Origin: Deinococcus radiodurans R1 = ATCC 13939 = DSM 20539
GTDB lineage: Bacteria; Deinococcota; Deinococci; Deinococcales; Deinococcaceae
Length of the DNA stretch: 32,000 nt
Assembly (NCBI RefSeq): GCF_000008565.1
Contig: NC_001263.1
Location: forward strand, 481,213 to 513,212
Direction: 5' to 3'
This document shows positions 19,117-32,000 of this stretch, one piece after another. The position numbers and the translations under genes are program-made. Each line of letters starts with the position of its first letter. Position 1 is the stretch's first letter. The notes under the pieces were generated by a model, which saw only the letters and a list, made by a program, of their open reading frames with translations, did no database searches and was not told where the DNA came from.

Positions 19117-20049
19117 ATGGGGACTTCTTCTGCCGCTTCCGCCGCTGAGCCGCGTGCCGGAAGCGGAATCACCACCGCCTTTCTCGGCCTTGGAGCGATG
19201 GGTTTTCCGATGGCCGCTCACCTCGCAGCGCAGGCGGCGAGCGGCGGGGGCCGCGCCCTCGTTTGGAACCGCACGGAGGCCAAAGCGCAGGACCACGCGG
19301 CGCGCGCTGGCAGCGAGGCCGTTTCGCTCGCCGACACCGCGCAGGCCGACGTGCTGTTTACCTGCCTGCCCACCAGCGCCGAAGTGGACGAAATCATCGC
19401 CGCGCTCAGCCCGCACCTGCGGCCCGGCACCGTGTGGGTGGACTGCACCAGCGGGCACCCCGACGCGGCCCGGCGCCAGCGTGAGACCCTCGACGCGCTC
19501 GGCGTGAAGTTTCTCGATGCCCCGGTCAGTGGAGGCACGAGCGGCGCCGAAGCCGGAACGCTGACCGTGATGCTCGGCGGCCCGGCGGATGAGATTGACG
19601 CCGCGTCCCCGCACCTCGCCTTCGCGGGCAAGGTCGTGCGGGTGGGCGAGACCGGCGCGGGCTTTGCGGTCAAGGCCGTGAACAACATGCTGCTCGCCGT
19701 CAACCTCTGGGCGGCGGGCGAAGGGCTGGCGGCGCTCGGGCGCAGCGGCGTGGACCTCGGCGCGGCGCTGAGTGTCATCAACGCGAGCAGTGGCCGCTCC
19801 AACGCCTCCGAGAACCTGATTCCGCAGCGCGTGCTGACCCGCGAGTTTCCGGTCACGTTCGCGCTCGGCCTGCTCGCCAAGGACACCGGCATCGCGCTCG
19901 ACGTGGTGCAAAGCGCCAAAGCGAGTGCGCCCACACTGGCGCAGGTCGCGGGCCTCATCCGCGCCGCCGCGCACGTGGTCGGCCCGCAGGAAGACCACAC
20001 CGCCGCCCTCAAGCTGCTCGAGCAGATGAACGCTCAGGAGATTCGATGA
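19117..20049 (+). CDS. NAD(P)-dependent beta-hydroxyacid dehydrogenase (3-hydroxyisobutyrate / 6-phosphogluconate dehydrogenase-like)
   Basis: 310 aa with Rossmann motif [20 protein letters not shown] and a KAVNN-type catalytic Lys region. Confidence 0.85.
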   Translation: MGTSSAASAAEPRAGSGITTAFLGLGAMGFPMAAHLAAQAASGGGRALVWNRTEAKAQDHAARAGSEAVSLADTAQADVLFTCLPTSAEVDEIIAALSPHLRPGTVWVDCTSGHPDAARRQRETLDALGVKFLDAPVSGGTSGAEAGTLTVMLGGPADEIDAASPHLAFAGKVVRVGETGAGFAVKAVNNMLLAVNLWAAGEGLAALGRSGVDLGAALSVINASSGRSNASENLIPQRVLTREFPVTFALGLLAKDTGIALDVVQSAKASAPTLAQVAGLIRAAAHVVGPQEDHTAALKLLEQMNAQEIR

Positions 20050-20909
20050 CTGCCATGCCCAGTTTTGCTGTCGTGACCGATGGGGGCCTCGACGCCTACC
20101 CTACCCTTCTCAACGACGTGCCCGTCGCGCCTTTTTCCGTCGCGTTCGGTGAGCGCTCCTACCCCATGAACGAGGTGAGCCGGCAGTGGCTTTACGACGA
20201 ACTCGGGCGCAACCCCGCGCACCCGACGAGTTCGCAGCCCTCGCCGCAGCAGTGGCTCGACGCCTACGCCGCCGTGCCGAGCGGCACCGACATTCTGGCC
20301 GTGACCATCAGCTCGGGCCTCAGCGGGAGCCGCAACGCCGCCGCACAGGCCCGTGACCTCGCGGGCCGGCAGGTCACGCTGCACGACTCCATGACCCTGA
20401 GCGCCGCGCAGGCGTTTCAGGTCCACGCGGCGAACGTGGCGGCGCAGCGGGGCGAAAGCATGGAGACGGCCATCGCCTGGATGAACGCCGTGCAGGCCGA
20501 AACCGAATTGCAGTTCACCATCGAAACGCTGGAATACCTGCGCCGGGGCGGACGCATCGGCACCGTCGCGGCGGCGCTGGGTGGGCTGCTCAACCTCAAG
20601 CCTGTGGTGATGGTGGACAAGAAAACCGGCACCTATGTCAACGCCGGGCGCGCCCGCAGCTACCGGGGCGGCATCGAGGCCGTGACCAGTCAGGTCACCC
20701 GCAAGTACGGCGAAGGCACCCCGCTGCGGGTGGGTCTGCTCTACGGCACGCACCCCGAAGATGCCGATCAGGCGCTGGAACAGCTCGCCGCACGCCACCC
20801 CATCGTCTGGTCGGACCGCACCGGCGTGAACCCGGTCCTGAGCGTCCACGTCGGTCCCCGCGCCCTGGGCGTGGCGGCGGCGCCTGGCGCGTGGCCCTGG
20901 GAGCGGTGA
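20046..20909 (+). CDS. DegV-family fatty-acid-binding protein
   Basis: 287 aa with a DegV pattern ([10 protein letters not shown]..., [21 protein letters not shown]). Its ATG overlaps the upstream stop (ATGA). Confidence 0.88.
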   Translation: MTAMPSFAVVTDGGLDAYPTLLNDVPVAPFSVAFGERSYPMNEVSRQWLYDELGRNPAHPTSSQPSPQQWLDAYAAVPSGTDILAVTISSGLSGSRNAAAQARDLAGRQVTLHDSMTLSAAQAFQVHAANVAAQRGESMETAIAWMNAVQAETELQFTIETLEYLRRGGRIGTVAAALGGLLNLKPVVMVDKKTGTYVNAGRARSYRGGIEAVTSQVTRKYGEGTPLRVGLLYGTHPEDADQALEQLAARHPIVWSDRTGVNPVLSVHVGPRALGVAAAPGAWPWER

Positions 20910-20915
20910 TTTGCT

Positions 20916-20986
20916 GGGGATGGTGAGGGTTGAGGCTATAGCTTCTAGCCCCATCCCCCAGCCCCTTACCCCAAAGGGGCAAGGGG
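20916..20986. repeat. Double-hairpin G/C-tract element, probably related to the same repeat family
   Basis: GGGGATGG (20916-20923) pairs with CCATCCCC (20951-20958). CCCCTTACCCC-AAA-GGGGCAAGGGG forms a second hairpin (20962-20986). It lies immediately after the degV-family stop. Confidence 0.55.
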
Positions 20987-21177
20987 AGTTGACGTTGGCA
21001 CTGGGCACATGGCTGTCATAGCGCTTGACGGGCGGCGTTCCTCAAGTGCTTGGGCTGGTCTGGACGCTCGTGATTTTTACCGACGCGAGGCCCGTGCGCC
21101 TTCAGCGCCCGACGGCCTTGGCGTTCTGCGTTTCTCGGTTATTTGTGCAGCAGTGAAAAGGGCCAAAGCTAAGGCGT

Positions 21178-21248
21178 CTTTTGACCCTCGCCCCTTGTGG
21201 GACTCGCAGAGCTGCTTGCAGACTTGAAAAGCTTCGCAGGAGAGGGGG
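21178..21248 (-). repeat. SNR-like repeat, copy C (longer, diverged variant)
   Basis: The reverse complement reads CCCCCTCTCCTGCGAAGCTTTTCAAGTCTGCAAGCAGCTCTGCGAGTCCCACAAGGGGCGAGGGTCAAAAG. It shares the CCCCCTC head and the TCCCAC..GGG..GAGGGTCAAAAG tail with copy A. Confidence 0.6.
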
Positions 21249-21271
21249 CGTCCAGACCCACTTCTTTCCCC

Positions 21272-22381
21272 TTATCCCTGGCCCACCACGTCGGCTATGT
21301 TCCGCACGCCGTCGCGCTCCAGCAGTTTGACCAAACCGGCGTTGATCTCACGGACCAGGCCCGGCCCCCGGTAGATCAGCGCCGAGTAGACCTCCACCAA
21401 ATCGGCCCCGGCGAGCAACTTGGCGTAGGCGTCCTCGGCACTGAATACGCCGCCGACGCCGACGATGGGCACCTGGCCCCGCGTCAGGCGGTAGGCGTCG
21501 CGCACGAGTTCGGTGGAGCGGTCAGTAAGAGGGCGCCCACTGAGCCCTCCGGCCTGCTCGCGGTTGGGGTGGGAAAGGCCGCCCCGGGACAGGGTGGTGT
21601 TGGAGATGATAAGGCCACTCGCGCCCGCGTCCAGCACCGCGCCCACGCTGGCCTCAAAGTCGGCGGGGTGCAGGTCGGGCGCCAGCTTGACCAGGACCGG
21701 CGGACGGCGCAGGGTGCGGACCCGGCCCGCTTCCACCTCATCCAGCACGGCGCGGACCAGCGCGGCGAGGTCGTCTGCTGCTTGCAGTGCCCGTAAGCCC
21801 GGTGTATTGGGACTGCTTACGTTGACCACGAAGGCGTCGGCCAAGTCCCCCAGGGCCCGTACGCATTTGCGGTAGTCCTCGGCGGCGTCTTCGTTGGGTG
21901 TCACCTTGTTTTTGCCGATGTTGACCCACACCGGCGCGGCCCGGTCGGTCAGCACCGCGAGCCGGGCGTGCATCGCCGCCGTGCCGCCGTTGTTGAAGCC
22001 CATGCGATTGATGAGTGCCTCGTCCTCGGGCAGCCGGAACAGCCGGGGCCGCTCGTTGCCGCTCTGCGCGAGGGGCGTGACCGTGCCGACCTCCACGAAG
22101 CCGAAGCCGAATGCCGTGAATGCCGGCACCGCCTGCGCGTTTTTATCCAGCCCCGCCGCGAGGCCCAGCGGCGACTCGAAAGTCTGCTCCGAGGGGGTCT
22201 GCCCCCACAGCGTGCGCCGCAGCGCCGCGTCGCCTGGCCCCTGTGTTCCCGGCACCGTCAGCGTCCGGGCCAGCCGGGGCAGCAGCGGCACCCCCGAAGC
22301 GAGTTCCAGCCCGCGCAGGGTGAGGTGGTGGGCGTCCTCGGCGTCCAGCCGGAACAGCAGCGGGCGAACAGTCTGGTACAT
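21272..22381 (-). CDS. pyrD: Dihydroorotate dehydrogenase (quinone), class 2
   Basis: 369 aa with N-terminus MYQTVRPLLFRLDAEDAHH, then GFVEVGTVTP, NRMGFNN, NVSSPNTPGLR and GVGGV motifs. Confidence 0.93.
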   Translation of the reverse strand: MYQTVRPLLFRLDAEDAHHLTLRGLELASGVPLLPRLARTLTVPGTQGPGDAALRRTLWGQTPSEQTFESPLGLAAGLDKNAQAVPAFTAFGFGFVEVGTVTPLAQSGNERPRLFRLPEDEALINRMGFNNGGTAAMHARLAVLTDRAAPVWVNIGKNKVTPNEDAAEDYRKCVRALGDLADAFVVNVSSPNTPGLRALQAADDLAALVRAVLDEVEAGRVRTLRRPPVLVKLAPDLHPADFEASVGAVLDAGASGLIISNTTLSRGGLSHPNREQAGGLSGRPLTDRSTELVRDAYRLTRGQVPIVGVGGVFSAEDAYAKLLAGADLVEVYSALIYRGPGLVREINAGLVKLLERDGVRNIADVVGQG

Positions 22382-22389
22382 CGGGACGT

Positions 22390-22395
22390 AGGGTA
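22390..22395 (-). promoter_or_regulatory. -10 box TACCCT, 8 nt upstream of the pyrD ATG
   Basis: Plus strand AGGGTA. ATG at 22381. Confidence 0.4.
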
Positions 22396-22424
22396 GCAGG
22401 GGTGGGGAAGGCCGCGCCGGGCTG

Positions 22425-22451
22425 CTTGCCAGGGGCCCGTTCCCCTATCCT
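22425..22451 (+). promoter_or_regulatory. Promoter candidate TTGCCA, 15-nt spacer, TATCCT; -10 is 7 nt upstream of the alaX ATG
   Basis: TTGCCA at 22425-22430, TATCCT at 22446-22451, ATG at 22459. Confidence 0.45.
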
Positions 22452-22458
22452 GCCTCCC

Positions 22459-23631
22459 ATGACCCGTCCCCTCTACCACGACCCCTACCAGCCGCTCACC
22501 TTCGCCGCGTCGGTGGTGGACGTACAGGGGCAAGAGGTGGCGCTGGCCGCGACTGCCTTTTACCCCGAAAGCGGCGGCCAGAGCAGCGATGTGGGACTCT
22601 TGCGCTGGCCGGGCAGTGAGGCTCGGGTGACACACGCCCGCAAGGACAAGGCGACGGGCACGGTGTGGCACCGGGTGGACGGCGAGTTGCCCCCCGTGGG
22701 TGCAGAGGTAACAGGCGAAGTGGACCCCGGCCCACGCTGGCGGCACACCCAGCGCCACAGCGCGGAGCATCTGCTGGCGCAGGCGTTCCGGCGAGTGAAT
22801 CCTGCGTTCGAGGTCGCCTCGGTGAACATGACCGGCCCCGAATGCACCATCGATTTTCTGGGCGACCCGGGCGAGGCCGATATACGCGCCGCCGAAGCGC
22901 TGCTCCGCGAGACGTTGGGCCGCGACGAACTGACGTTGGAAACGCCCATCGTGCCCGAAGCCGAACTGGTGAACTATCCCCTGCGCCGCGAGAGCAAGGT
23001 GGGCGGGCAGGTGCGGCTGGTGATGTTCCGGGGCAGCGACGGTGACTTCTTCGACGTGAGCGCGTGCGGCGGCACCCACGTTCCCGGCGCCGCCATGTGC
23101 GCCCCGGTGGTCATCCTGCGAACCGAGCGGGTGCGCGGCGGTCAGGTCCGGGTGGTCTTTATGGCAGGTGAGGAAGCGAGCGAGTACCTCTCCGGCGTCT
23201 ACCAGAGCGCCCGCACGCTGGCCCAGGAATTCAGCGCCCCGGTGGACAAACTGCCCGAGCGGGTGGCGGCTCTCCGCGCTGACCTGAGCGCCGCCCGCGC
23301 CGATGCCGACGCTCTACGCGCCCGCCTCGCGGCTCAGTTGGTGGCTGCGGCTTCTGCTGAAGGCACGCCGCCTCTGCGCTTGCTCACGCTGGACAACGCC
23401 GCGCTGCTTGCCCCAGTTCTGACCGCTGTGCCGGCAGGCGAGGTGCTGGCCGCCGTGGGGCCGGGGGGCCGCTGCGGCGTGGCGAGCGCCCACCCCGACG
23501 TGAAGGCGGGCGACGTTCTGCGCGCGGCACTGGCTGTTACTGGAGGCAAGGGCGGCGGCAAGCCCGATTTGGCGCAGGGGAGCACGGCGGATGAAGGGGG
23601 GTTCTTGGAGGCGGTGCGCCAGGTTCTTTAA
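22459..23631 (+). CDS. alaX: AlaX-L-type alanyl-tRNA editing protein
   Basis: Trimmed to ATG 22459. Zinc/editing motifs HTQRHSAEHLL (HxxxH) and CGGTHV (CxxxH). C-terminal GGKGGGKPDLAQG is typical of the AlaRS C-terminal/DHHA1-like domain. Confidence 0.85.
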   Translation: MTRPLYHDPYQPLTFAASVVDVQGQEVALAATAFYPESGGQSSDVGLLRWPGSEARVTHARKDKATGTVWHRVDGELPPVGAEVTGEVDPGPRWRHTQRHSAEHLLAQAFRRVNPAFEVASVNMTGPECTIDFLGDPGEADIRAAEALLRETLGRDELTLETPIVPEAELVNYPLRRESKVGGQVRLVMFRGSDGDFFDVSACGGTHVPGAAMCAPVVILRTERVRGGQVRVVFMAGEEASEYLSGVYQSARTLAQEFSAPVDKLPERVAALRADLSAARADADALRARLAAQLVAAASAEGTPPLRLLTLDNAALLAPVLTAVPAGEVLAAVGPGGRCGVASAHPDVKAGDVLRAALAVTGGKGGGKPDLAQGSTADEGGFLEAVRQVL

Positions 23632-24770
23632 CGCAGCGGCTGGTAGGCGTGGACACCCGCCGCGCCCCAGTGCAGCACCTGACGGCCCGCCGGGTCATAC
23701 GACAGCGGCGCCCCCAGGTTGTCGCTCAGGTTCTCCCGCCCCACCGCGAGCGCCTTGCCTGTCTCGGCGTCCAGCGCCCACAACCGCGAGTTTGAGGCGT
23801 ACACCACCCCGTTCACGTCCAGCGGCGTCGTGTCGAAGGTGACATGGTTCGGCGCGTCGAACACCCAGGCGAGTTCCCCCGTCGCCGCGTGGTAAGCGAG
23901 GATGCACGTCCCACCCCAGGGACCGATGAACACCTTGTCGTCTGCAATGCTCATGCGGAAGGCGGTGTTCGCCTGCCCACCGGGGCAGACGTTGATGTCG
24001 GGGAACTTCTTCCAGGCTTTTTCGCCAGTATCCGCGTCGTAAGCCTGAAGTCCAGCGACGCCTGCCTGGGCAATGATCAGGTTCTTGTACAGACTCAAAG
24101 CGAAAGCACCTGTGTTCTGAAGAGTTTTAGGGGAAACATCTACAGCCCAGCGGGTCTCTCCCTGACTGTTGAGGGCGATAAGCTGGTGGGAAGTCTCGGC
24201 GCTTGTACTGACAAAGAGACGGTCTTCATCCCTGACGATCAAGCTCGCCAGACGGAAGCCGGGATAGTTGCGAACCCAGACGGGCTGAGCGTCTGGGCGC
24301 AGGAGGTCAGCGGTGCGGTAGCGGTAAAGCCGGGCACCAGAAACCACATAGAGGGAGCTGCCGGCGACGAAAGGACCGAGTTGGCCTAGACTTTGCCGGG
24401 TGCCCCCTGGAACAGCAACTGTGTTCAGGATCTGGCCGGAGCGGTCAAAGACGGTGAGGACGTCAGCGTTCTTGCCGTTCAGAGCGATGAGCTTGTCGTC
24501 CAGGGTGGCGTAATTGGTGCGGAGGTTCTCGGTGTCGAGGGGAAGCTTGAAGGCGAGCTGGTGGGTGCGGGTGTCAATCGCCGTGACCTGACGCCCGCCG
24601 AGCAGCAGGGTGCCGAGCAGGGTGGTGTAGCCGGTGACTTTGTGGTCGGGGAAGGACCATTGCAGGGTAAGGGCGGGAAGCTGGGCCAGGGCGTCCTCGC
24701 CCGGAGTGGGGGCATTCTGGGACGTGCAGGCGGTCAGGGCGAGACTCAGAAGCAGCAGATATCGGCGCAT
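23628..24770 (-). CDS. PQQ-like beta-propeller repeat lipoprotein (BamB-like fold)
   Basis: ORF 23628..24809 trimmed to ATG 24770, giving MRRYLLLLSLALTAC (lipobox LTAC). Repeated propeller blades with motifs such as AYDADTGEKAW, AYHAATGELAW and ALDAETGKAL. Confidence 0.75.
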   Translation of the reverse strand: MRRYLLLLSLALTACTSQNAPTPGEDALAQLPALTLQWSFPDHKVTGYTTLLGTLLLGGRQVTAIDTRTHQLAFKLPLDTENLRTNYATLDDKLIALNGKNADVLTVFDRSGQILNTVAVPGGTRQSLGQLGPFVAGSSLYVVSGARLYRYRTADLLRPDAQPVWVRNYPGFRLASLIVRDEDRLFVSTSAETSHQLIALNSQGETRWAVDVSPKTLQNTGAFALSLYKNLIIAQAGVAGLQAYDADTGEKAWKKFPDINVCPGGQANTAFRMSIADDKVFIGPWGGTCILAYHAATGELAWVFDAPNHVTFDTTPLDVNGVVYASNSRLWALDAETGKALAVGRENLSDNLGAPLSYDPAGRQVLHWGAAGVHAYQPLR

Positions 24771-24818
24771 GGAAACCTCGGCAGAAAGCAGGCTGGAAAG
24801 AGGCCTCAAGCATAAGCC

Positions 24819-25580
24819 TCAGTTCCCGGTCTTCACCGCCAACGCCCGCAGCCGCCGGTAATCACTCACCCACGCCTCCCCGTCCCACAACCGGGGCCGC
24901 GCAAACTCGGCGGCTTCCCGAATCACGGCCTCCCGCTCCTCGGCCCCCAACGGTGCGAGCCACACCTGCCCGAAGCCCTCCAACCACGCCCGGAAGCCGT
25001 CTTCCCCCGGCAGGCGCGAGGGCCGCTCGAACCAGTGCAGCCGCTCGACCCGCATCCCGGCGGCTTCCAGCCCGGTGCACAGCTCGCCCGCCGTCGGAAA
25101 CACCCACGGCGGCGGCAACTCGGGCAGCCCCAGCTTGTGCGTGGCGTGCGCCACCGCGTCCAGCGTGGTCTGCACGTTGCCCGCGCCGCCCATTTCCAGC
25201 ACGAAGCGGCCTCCCGGTTTCAGCGCGGCGGCGACCCGTCCGAACACTGGGGGCAGCGGCTTCATCCAGTGCAGCGCGGCGTTGCTGAATACGGCTTCGA
25301 ACTCGGAGCCAAAGGTGAGGGCGTGGGCGTCCTGCACCTCGAACGGCACGGCGGGAAAGCTGCTCTGCGCGGCGGCGATCATGGCGGGGCTGGCGTCCAC
25401 GCCCACGACCTGCGCGCCGCTCTGAGCGATGCGGGCGGTCAGTTCACCACTGCCGCAGCCGAGGTCCAGAATCCGTTCGCCGGGCTGCGGGCGCAGCCAC
25501 TCGGCGGCGAGGTCTTCGCTCGACTGAAAGACAAAAGCGTGGCGGTCACGGTACTGCTCGGCGTTCCAGGCATCGGTCAT
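24819..25580 (-). CDS. Class I SAM-dependent methyltransferase (trans-aconitate methyltransferase-like)
   Basis: Motif I ILDLGCGSGELT. Start moved from TTG 25583 to ATG 25580, which has GGAGG 7 nt upstream. Confidence 0.85.
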   Translation of the reverse strand: MTDAWNAEQYRDRHAFVFQSSEDLAAEWLRPQPGERILDLGCGSGELTARIAQSGAQVVGVDASPAMIAAAQSSFPAVPFEVQDAHALTFGSEFEAVFSNAALHWMKPLPPVFGRVAAALKPGGRFVLEMGGAGNVQTTLDAVAHATHKLGLPELPPPWVFPTAGELCTGLEAAGMRVERLHWFERPSRLPGEDGFRAWLEGFGQVWLAPLGAEEREAVIREAAEFARPRLWDGEAWVSDYRRLRALAVKTGN

Positions 25581-25620
25581 CAAAATTCCTCCACGTTTGG
25601 CTCTTCATGTTCGGCCAGAC

Positions 25621-25651
25621 GAAAAATCCCCCCTCCACGCTGGGAAGGGGG
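25621..25651 (-). promoter_or_regulatory. Terminator-like hairpin plus U-tract inside the 5' region of the methyltransferase gene (possible attenuator or sRNA 3' end)
   Basis: Minus strand reads CCCCCTTCCCA GCG TGGAGGGGGG followed by ATTTTTC. It ends about 40 nt upstream of ATG 25580. Confidence 0.35.
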
Positions 25652-25832
25652 CCGGTGCCGCGCCGGGAAACTCAGGCGGTGAGGTCCCCAGAACTAAGAA
25701 GGCGGGCGGCGAACATGGGGTCAGGGTAGCCCGCACCGCTGAGAAGACACTGGCAGATGTCTATTTGAGTGTCGTCTCCTGGGTATGGACGCCGGGAGAC
25801 AGCGCCTGACCATCGGCTGAACTTCCAGACGT

Positions 25833-25838
25833 TACAAT
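25833..25838 (+). promoter_or_regulatory. -10 box TACAAT, 9 nt upstream of the 5'-nucleotidase ATG
   Basis: ATG at 25848. No SD between them. Confidence 0.45.
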
Positions 25839-25847
25839 AAAGGTCAG

Positions 25848-27554
25848 ATGAAGAAAAACCTGCTGCTGATCGGCGCGTCCCTGCTGCTGGGCGCCTGCTC
25901 CACGACCCCGGAACCGTCCAAGCCTGAACAGGAAAAGCCCGCCACGACGAAGGTCACGGTCGTCGGCCTCAACGACTTTCACGGCAACCTCGAACCCACC
26001 TCGTTCGCCGGGGTTATGGTGCCCGACCCCAAGGACCCGACCAAGCAGGTCAAGCTGACGACCGGCGGCATTGAAGTCATCGGCGGCTACCTCGACCAGG
26101 AGCGCGCCAAGAACGCCAACCTGACCTTCGTGGGCGCGGGCGACCTGATCGGCGCCTCGCCCGTGACGAGCAGCCTGCTGCGGGACGAGCCCAGCGTGAT
26201 CGGCCTGAGCAAGCTCGGCATGCAGTACAGCAGCCTGGGCAACCACGAGTTCGACCAGGGCTACAAGGAACTGCTGCGGATGCAAAATGGCGGCTGCGAC
26301 AGCAACGCGCCCGACAAGGCCTGCAAGTTCCAGAACCCCTACCCCCGCGCGACCTTTAGCTGGCTGGGCGCCAACGTGGAGGTCAAGGCGACTGGCAAGC
26401 CGGCCCTGCCGGCCTACGGGATTCAGGAGATTGGCGGCGCCAGAATCGCCTTTATCGGCGCGGTGACGAAGACCACCCCCACCATCGTCAGCCCCGACGG
26501 CGTGGCCGACCTCAAATTCCTCGATGAAGCCGAGTCCATCAACAAGTACGTGCCTGAGCTGAAAGCGAAGGGCGTAGACGCCATCATCGTGCTGATTCAC
26601 GAGGGCGGCGTGTCCAAAGACGGCTTCGACAAGCCCGCCTGCGGCACCCTGACCGGCCCCATCGTGAACATCGTCAACAAGCTCGACCCCGCCGTGGACG
26701 CGGTCATCAGCGGGCACACCCACCAGGGCTACAACTGCGTGGTCAATGGGCGCACTGTGATTCAGGGCGACTACTACGGCCACCTGTTGCAGCGCCTCGA
26801 CATGACCATTGACCTCCAAAAACACAAGGTCACCGACATCCGCGCCGCCAACGTGGTGATGGACCCGAACACCATCACCAAGAACGCCGAGATGACGGCG
26901 CTGGTGGGCCGCGCCAAGTCGCTGACCGACGCGGTCAAGCAGCGGGCCATCGGCTCCCTGGCGGCGCCGACCATCTCGCGCACGACCAACGCGGCGGGCG
27001 AAAGCGCACTGGGCGACTTGATTGCCGACTCGCAGCTCGCCGCCACCGCCGACCGGGGCGCCGTCATCGCCTTCATGAACCCCGGCGGCATCCGCGCCGA
27101 CCTGAACGCGACGGGCGGCGGCACCACCGTGACCTTCGGGGACGCCTACGCCGTGCAGCCCTTCGGCAACACGCTGGTGGTCATGGACCTGACCGGCGCC
27201 CAGATCAAGGCGCTGCTCGAGCAGCAGTTCGACAACCCCTCGGCGGGCCAGAACCGCGTCTTGCAGGTCAGCAAGAACTTTACCTACAGCTACGACAGCA
27301 CGGCGGCAGCGGGCAACCGGGTGGACCCGGCGAGCATCAAGTTGGGCGGCGTCACACTCGACCCCGCCAAGACCTACCGCGTGACCCTCAACTCCTTCCT
27401 CTCGACGGGGGGCGACAACTTCACCACCTTCGCCTCGGGCACCAACGTGCTGCAACTGCCCAACGTCAGCGACCTCGACGCCCTCACGGCCTACATCGTC
27501 GCTCACCCCGGCGTGGCGGGCGGCGCGCAGGACCGCATCGTCAAACTGAAGTAA
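25848..27554 (+). CDS. Lipoprotein 5'-nucleotidase / metallophosphoesterase (UshA family)
   Basis: Signal and lipobox LLLGAC. Metallophosphatase motifs [23 protein letters not shown] and SGHTH, plus a C-terminal 5'-nucleotidase domain. Confidence 0.9.
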   Translation: MKKNLLLIGASLLLGACSTTPEPSKPEQEKPATTKVTVVGLNDFHGNLEPTSFAGVMVPDPKDPTKQVKLTTGGIEVIGGYLDQERAKNANLTFVGAGDLIGASPVTSSLLRDEPSVIGLSKLGMQYSSLGNHEFDQGYKELLRMQNGGCDSNAPDKACKFQNPYPRATFSWLGANVEVKATGKPALPAYGIQEIGGARIAFIGAVTKTTPTIVSPDGVADLKFLDEAESINKYVPELKAKGVDAIIVLIHEGGVSKDGFDKPACGTLTGPIVNIVNKLDPAVDAVISGHTHQGYNCVVNGRTVIQGDYYGHLLQRLDMTIDLQKHKVTDIRAANVVMDPNTITKNAEMTALVGRAKSLTDAVKQRAIGSLAAPTISRTTNAAGESALGDLIADSQLAATADRGAVIAFMNPGGIRADLNATGGGTTVTFGDAYAVQPFGNTLVVMDLTGAQIKALLEQQFDNPSAGQNRVLQVSKNFTYSYDSTAAAGNRVDPASIKLGGVTLDPAKTYRVTLNSFLSTGGDNFTTFASGTNVLQLPNVSDLDALTAYIVAHPGVAGGAQDRIVKLK

Positions 27555-27566
27555 GCCCTAACAAAC

Positions 27567-27620
27567 GGGGCAGAGGCTGGCGAAGTTGTGCCGCAGCCTC
27601 TGCCCTGCTTTTGTTGTCTT
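27567..27620 (+). terminator. Intrinsic terminator after the 5'-nucleotidase gene (may also stop the convergent dnaE transcript)
   Basis: 12-bp stem GGGCAGAGGCTG (27567-27578) / CAGCCTCTGCCC (27593-27604), followed by TGCTTTTGTTGTCTTTT. Confidence 0.8.
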
Positions 27621-27677
27621 TTGTCGAGGGTCAAGACCTAGCCACGCGTCTTGAACGGACACGGAACCAGTAGAGCT

Positions 27678-27806
27678 CTATTGTCTCTTCGACTTCCAGC
27701 CGTACGTCCAGGCGACAATTTCTGCGCCTCTGGTGAAGCCCTCGCGCGAGAGGAGGTGCTGAGGGGTCGCTTCGGTGCGGAGGTCGCCGCCTAACTGTTG
27801 AGCCAT
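27678..27806 (-). CDS. Speculative 42-codon mini-ORF overlapping the 3' end of the orphan ORF
   Basis: Found manually; too short for the ORF track. Sequence MAQQLGGDLRTEATPQHLLSREGFTRGAEIVAWTYGWKSKRQ. Third positions are GC-rich downstream of 27790. A purine-rich GGAAAGAGAG lies upstream of the ATG. It could equally be a gene remnant or chance. Confidence 0.2.
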   Translation of the reverse strand: MAQQLGGDLRTEATPQHLLSREGFTRGAEIVAWTYGWKSKRQ

Positions 27807-28263
27807 TTGCGTAACTCTCTTTCCAATGTCAGCAACGCTTTCTGCTTCTGTTCGTCGGTCAGCAAATAGGTCCCTGTAGCTTCATCCATAAGATGTTCAA
27901 GGCCGCGAACTTGTACATACTCATCAGAGATGTAAGGAATGTAGACGCCGAGCAGGCTTCTGGCCTGTTCCGTCAGGGAGAGTTCATCTATTTGACCTGC
28001 TTGATATTTCTCGCGCCAAAGAGCCTTCAGGAAGGGCAAAACCGTAGCTTCATCGCTTTGGCAGCTGAGCTGGCCCAGCGCGTCTATTCCGTCTCGCAAA
28101 CGAGATTGGCTCAGGCTGACTTCTATCAGAGCCTCTGGACTTTGTGGCAATTGAAGAATCCAGGCATCTGCCGAGGCGACGACGTCCACCCACGTTAACA
28201 AGTCTTTGTGGAACGCTTCCAGTCGCTCTGCCGCTTCGTCATAAAGCTGCTGCAGCGTTTCGC

Positions 28264-28267
<4 letters not shown>
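27791..28267 (-). CDS. Orphan acidic, predicted all-helical protein; low GC; translationally coupled to dnaE
   Basis: 158 codons. The GTG start (28267-28265) overlaps the dnaE TGA (28266-28264). About 45-50% GC against about 67% in the flanks. Rare codons (TTA, ATA, AGA, CAA) are frequent. No family recognised. The opposite-strand ORF 27893..28198 looks less protein-like. Confidence 0.65.

Positions 28268-32000
<3,733 letters not shown>

Noticed and set aside
21009-21227. 72-aa + strand ORF in the degV-pyrD spacer
   Set aside because: Its third codon positions are T-rich, unlike native genes. It has no SD or -10 box, and it overlaps the SNR-like repeat. It is probably non-coding.
27630-27653. 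7-bp hairpin TCAAGAC / GTCTTGA downstream of the orphan ORF as a dedicated minus-strand terminator
   Set aside because: The stem is short and no U-tract follows on the minus strand. The stronger 27567-27604 hairpin nearby more plausibly serves both convergent transcripts.

Overview
High-GC window (about 65-68% by eye). It is almost certainly Deinococcus, judging by composition, Pro/Ala-rich N-termini, palindromic SNR-like intergenic repeats and widespread leaderless-type promoters. The gene order resembles what I recall of D. radiodurans R1 chromosome 1 around mutM, a 5'-nucleotidase and dnaE, but I cannot verify that here. I call 29 protein genes, one speculative mini-ORF and two tRNAs (Val-CAC, Met-CAT). 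Two genes are cut by the window edges. A class A PBP at the left edge is missing from the ORF track because it has no in-window stop, and dnaE is cut at the right edge. The content is core housekeeping: ttcA, gltX, pcp, mutM, pdxH, an FprA-type reductase, sdaAB, murJ, pyrD, alaX, degV, dnaE, plus envelope proteins. I found no transposase, integrase, phage gene, CRISPR array, restriction-modification gene or recognisable defence gene, so there is no clear novel multi-gene system here. The most unusual observations are: (1) a low-GC orphan ORF with foreign codon usage, joined to the end of dnaE by a GTGA overlap, with a trailing overlapping mini-ORF; (2) a 534-bp AT-richer, hairpin-rich intergenic region upstream of a 3D-domain cell-wall gene; (3) a 3D-domain / orphan MacB-LolE-type permease / lipoprotein cluster with no ATPase; (4) a family of palindromic small noncoding repeats with 3-4 copies; (5) TAnnnT -10 boxes 5-9 nt upstream of 16 start codons, which indicates leaderless mRNAs and shortens many longest-ORF calls. 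Many long Ala/Arg/Gly-rich ORFs in the track are antisense shadows of real genes and were rejected.
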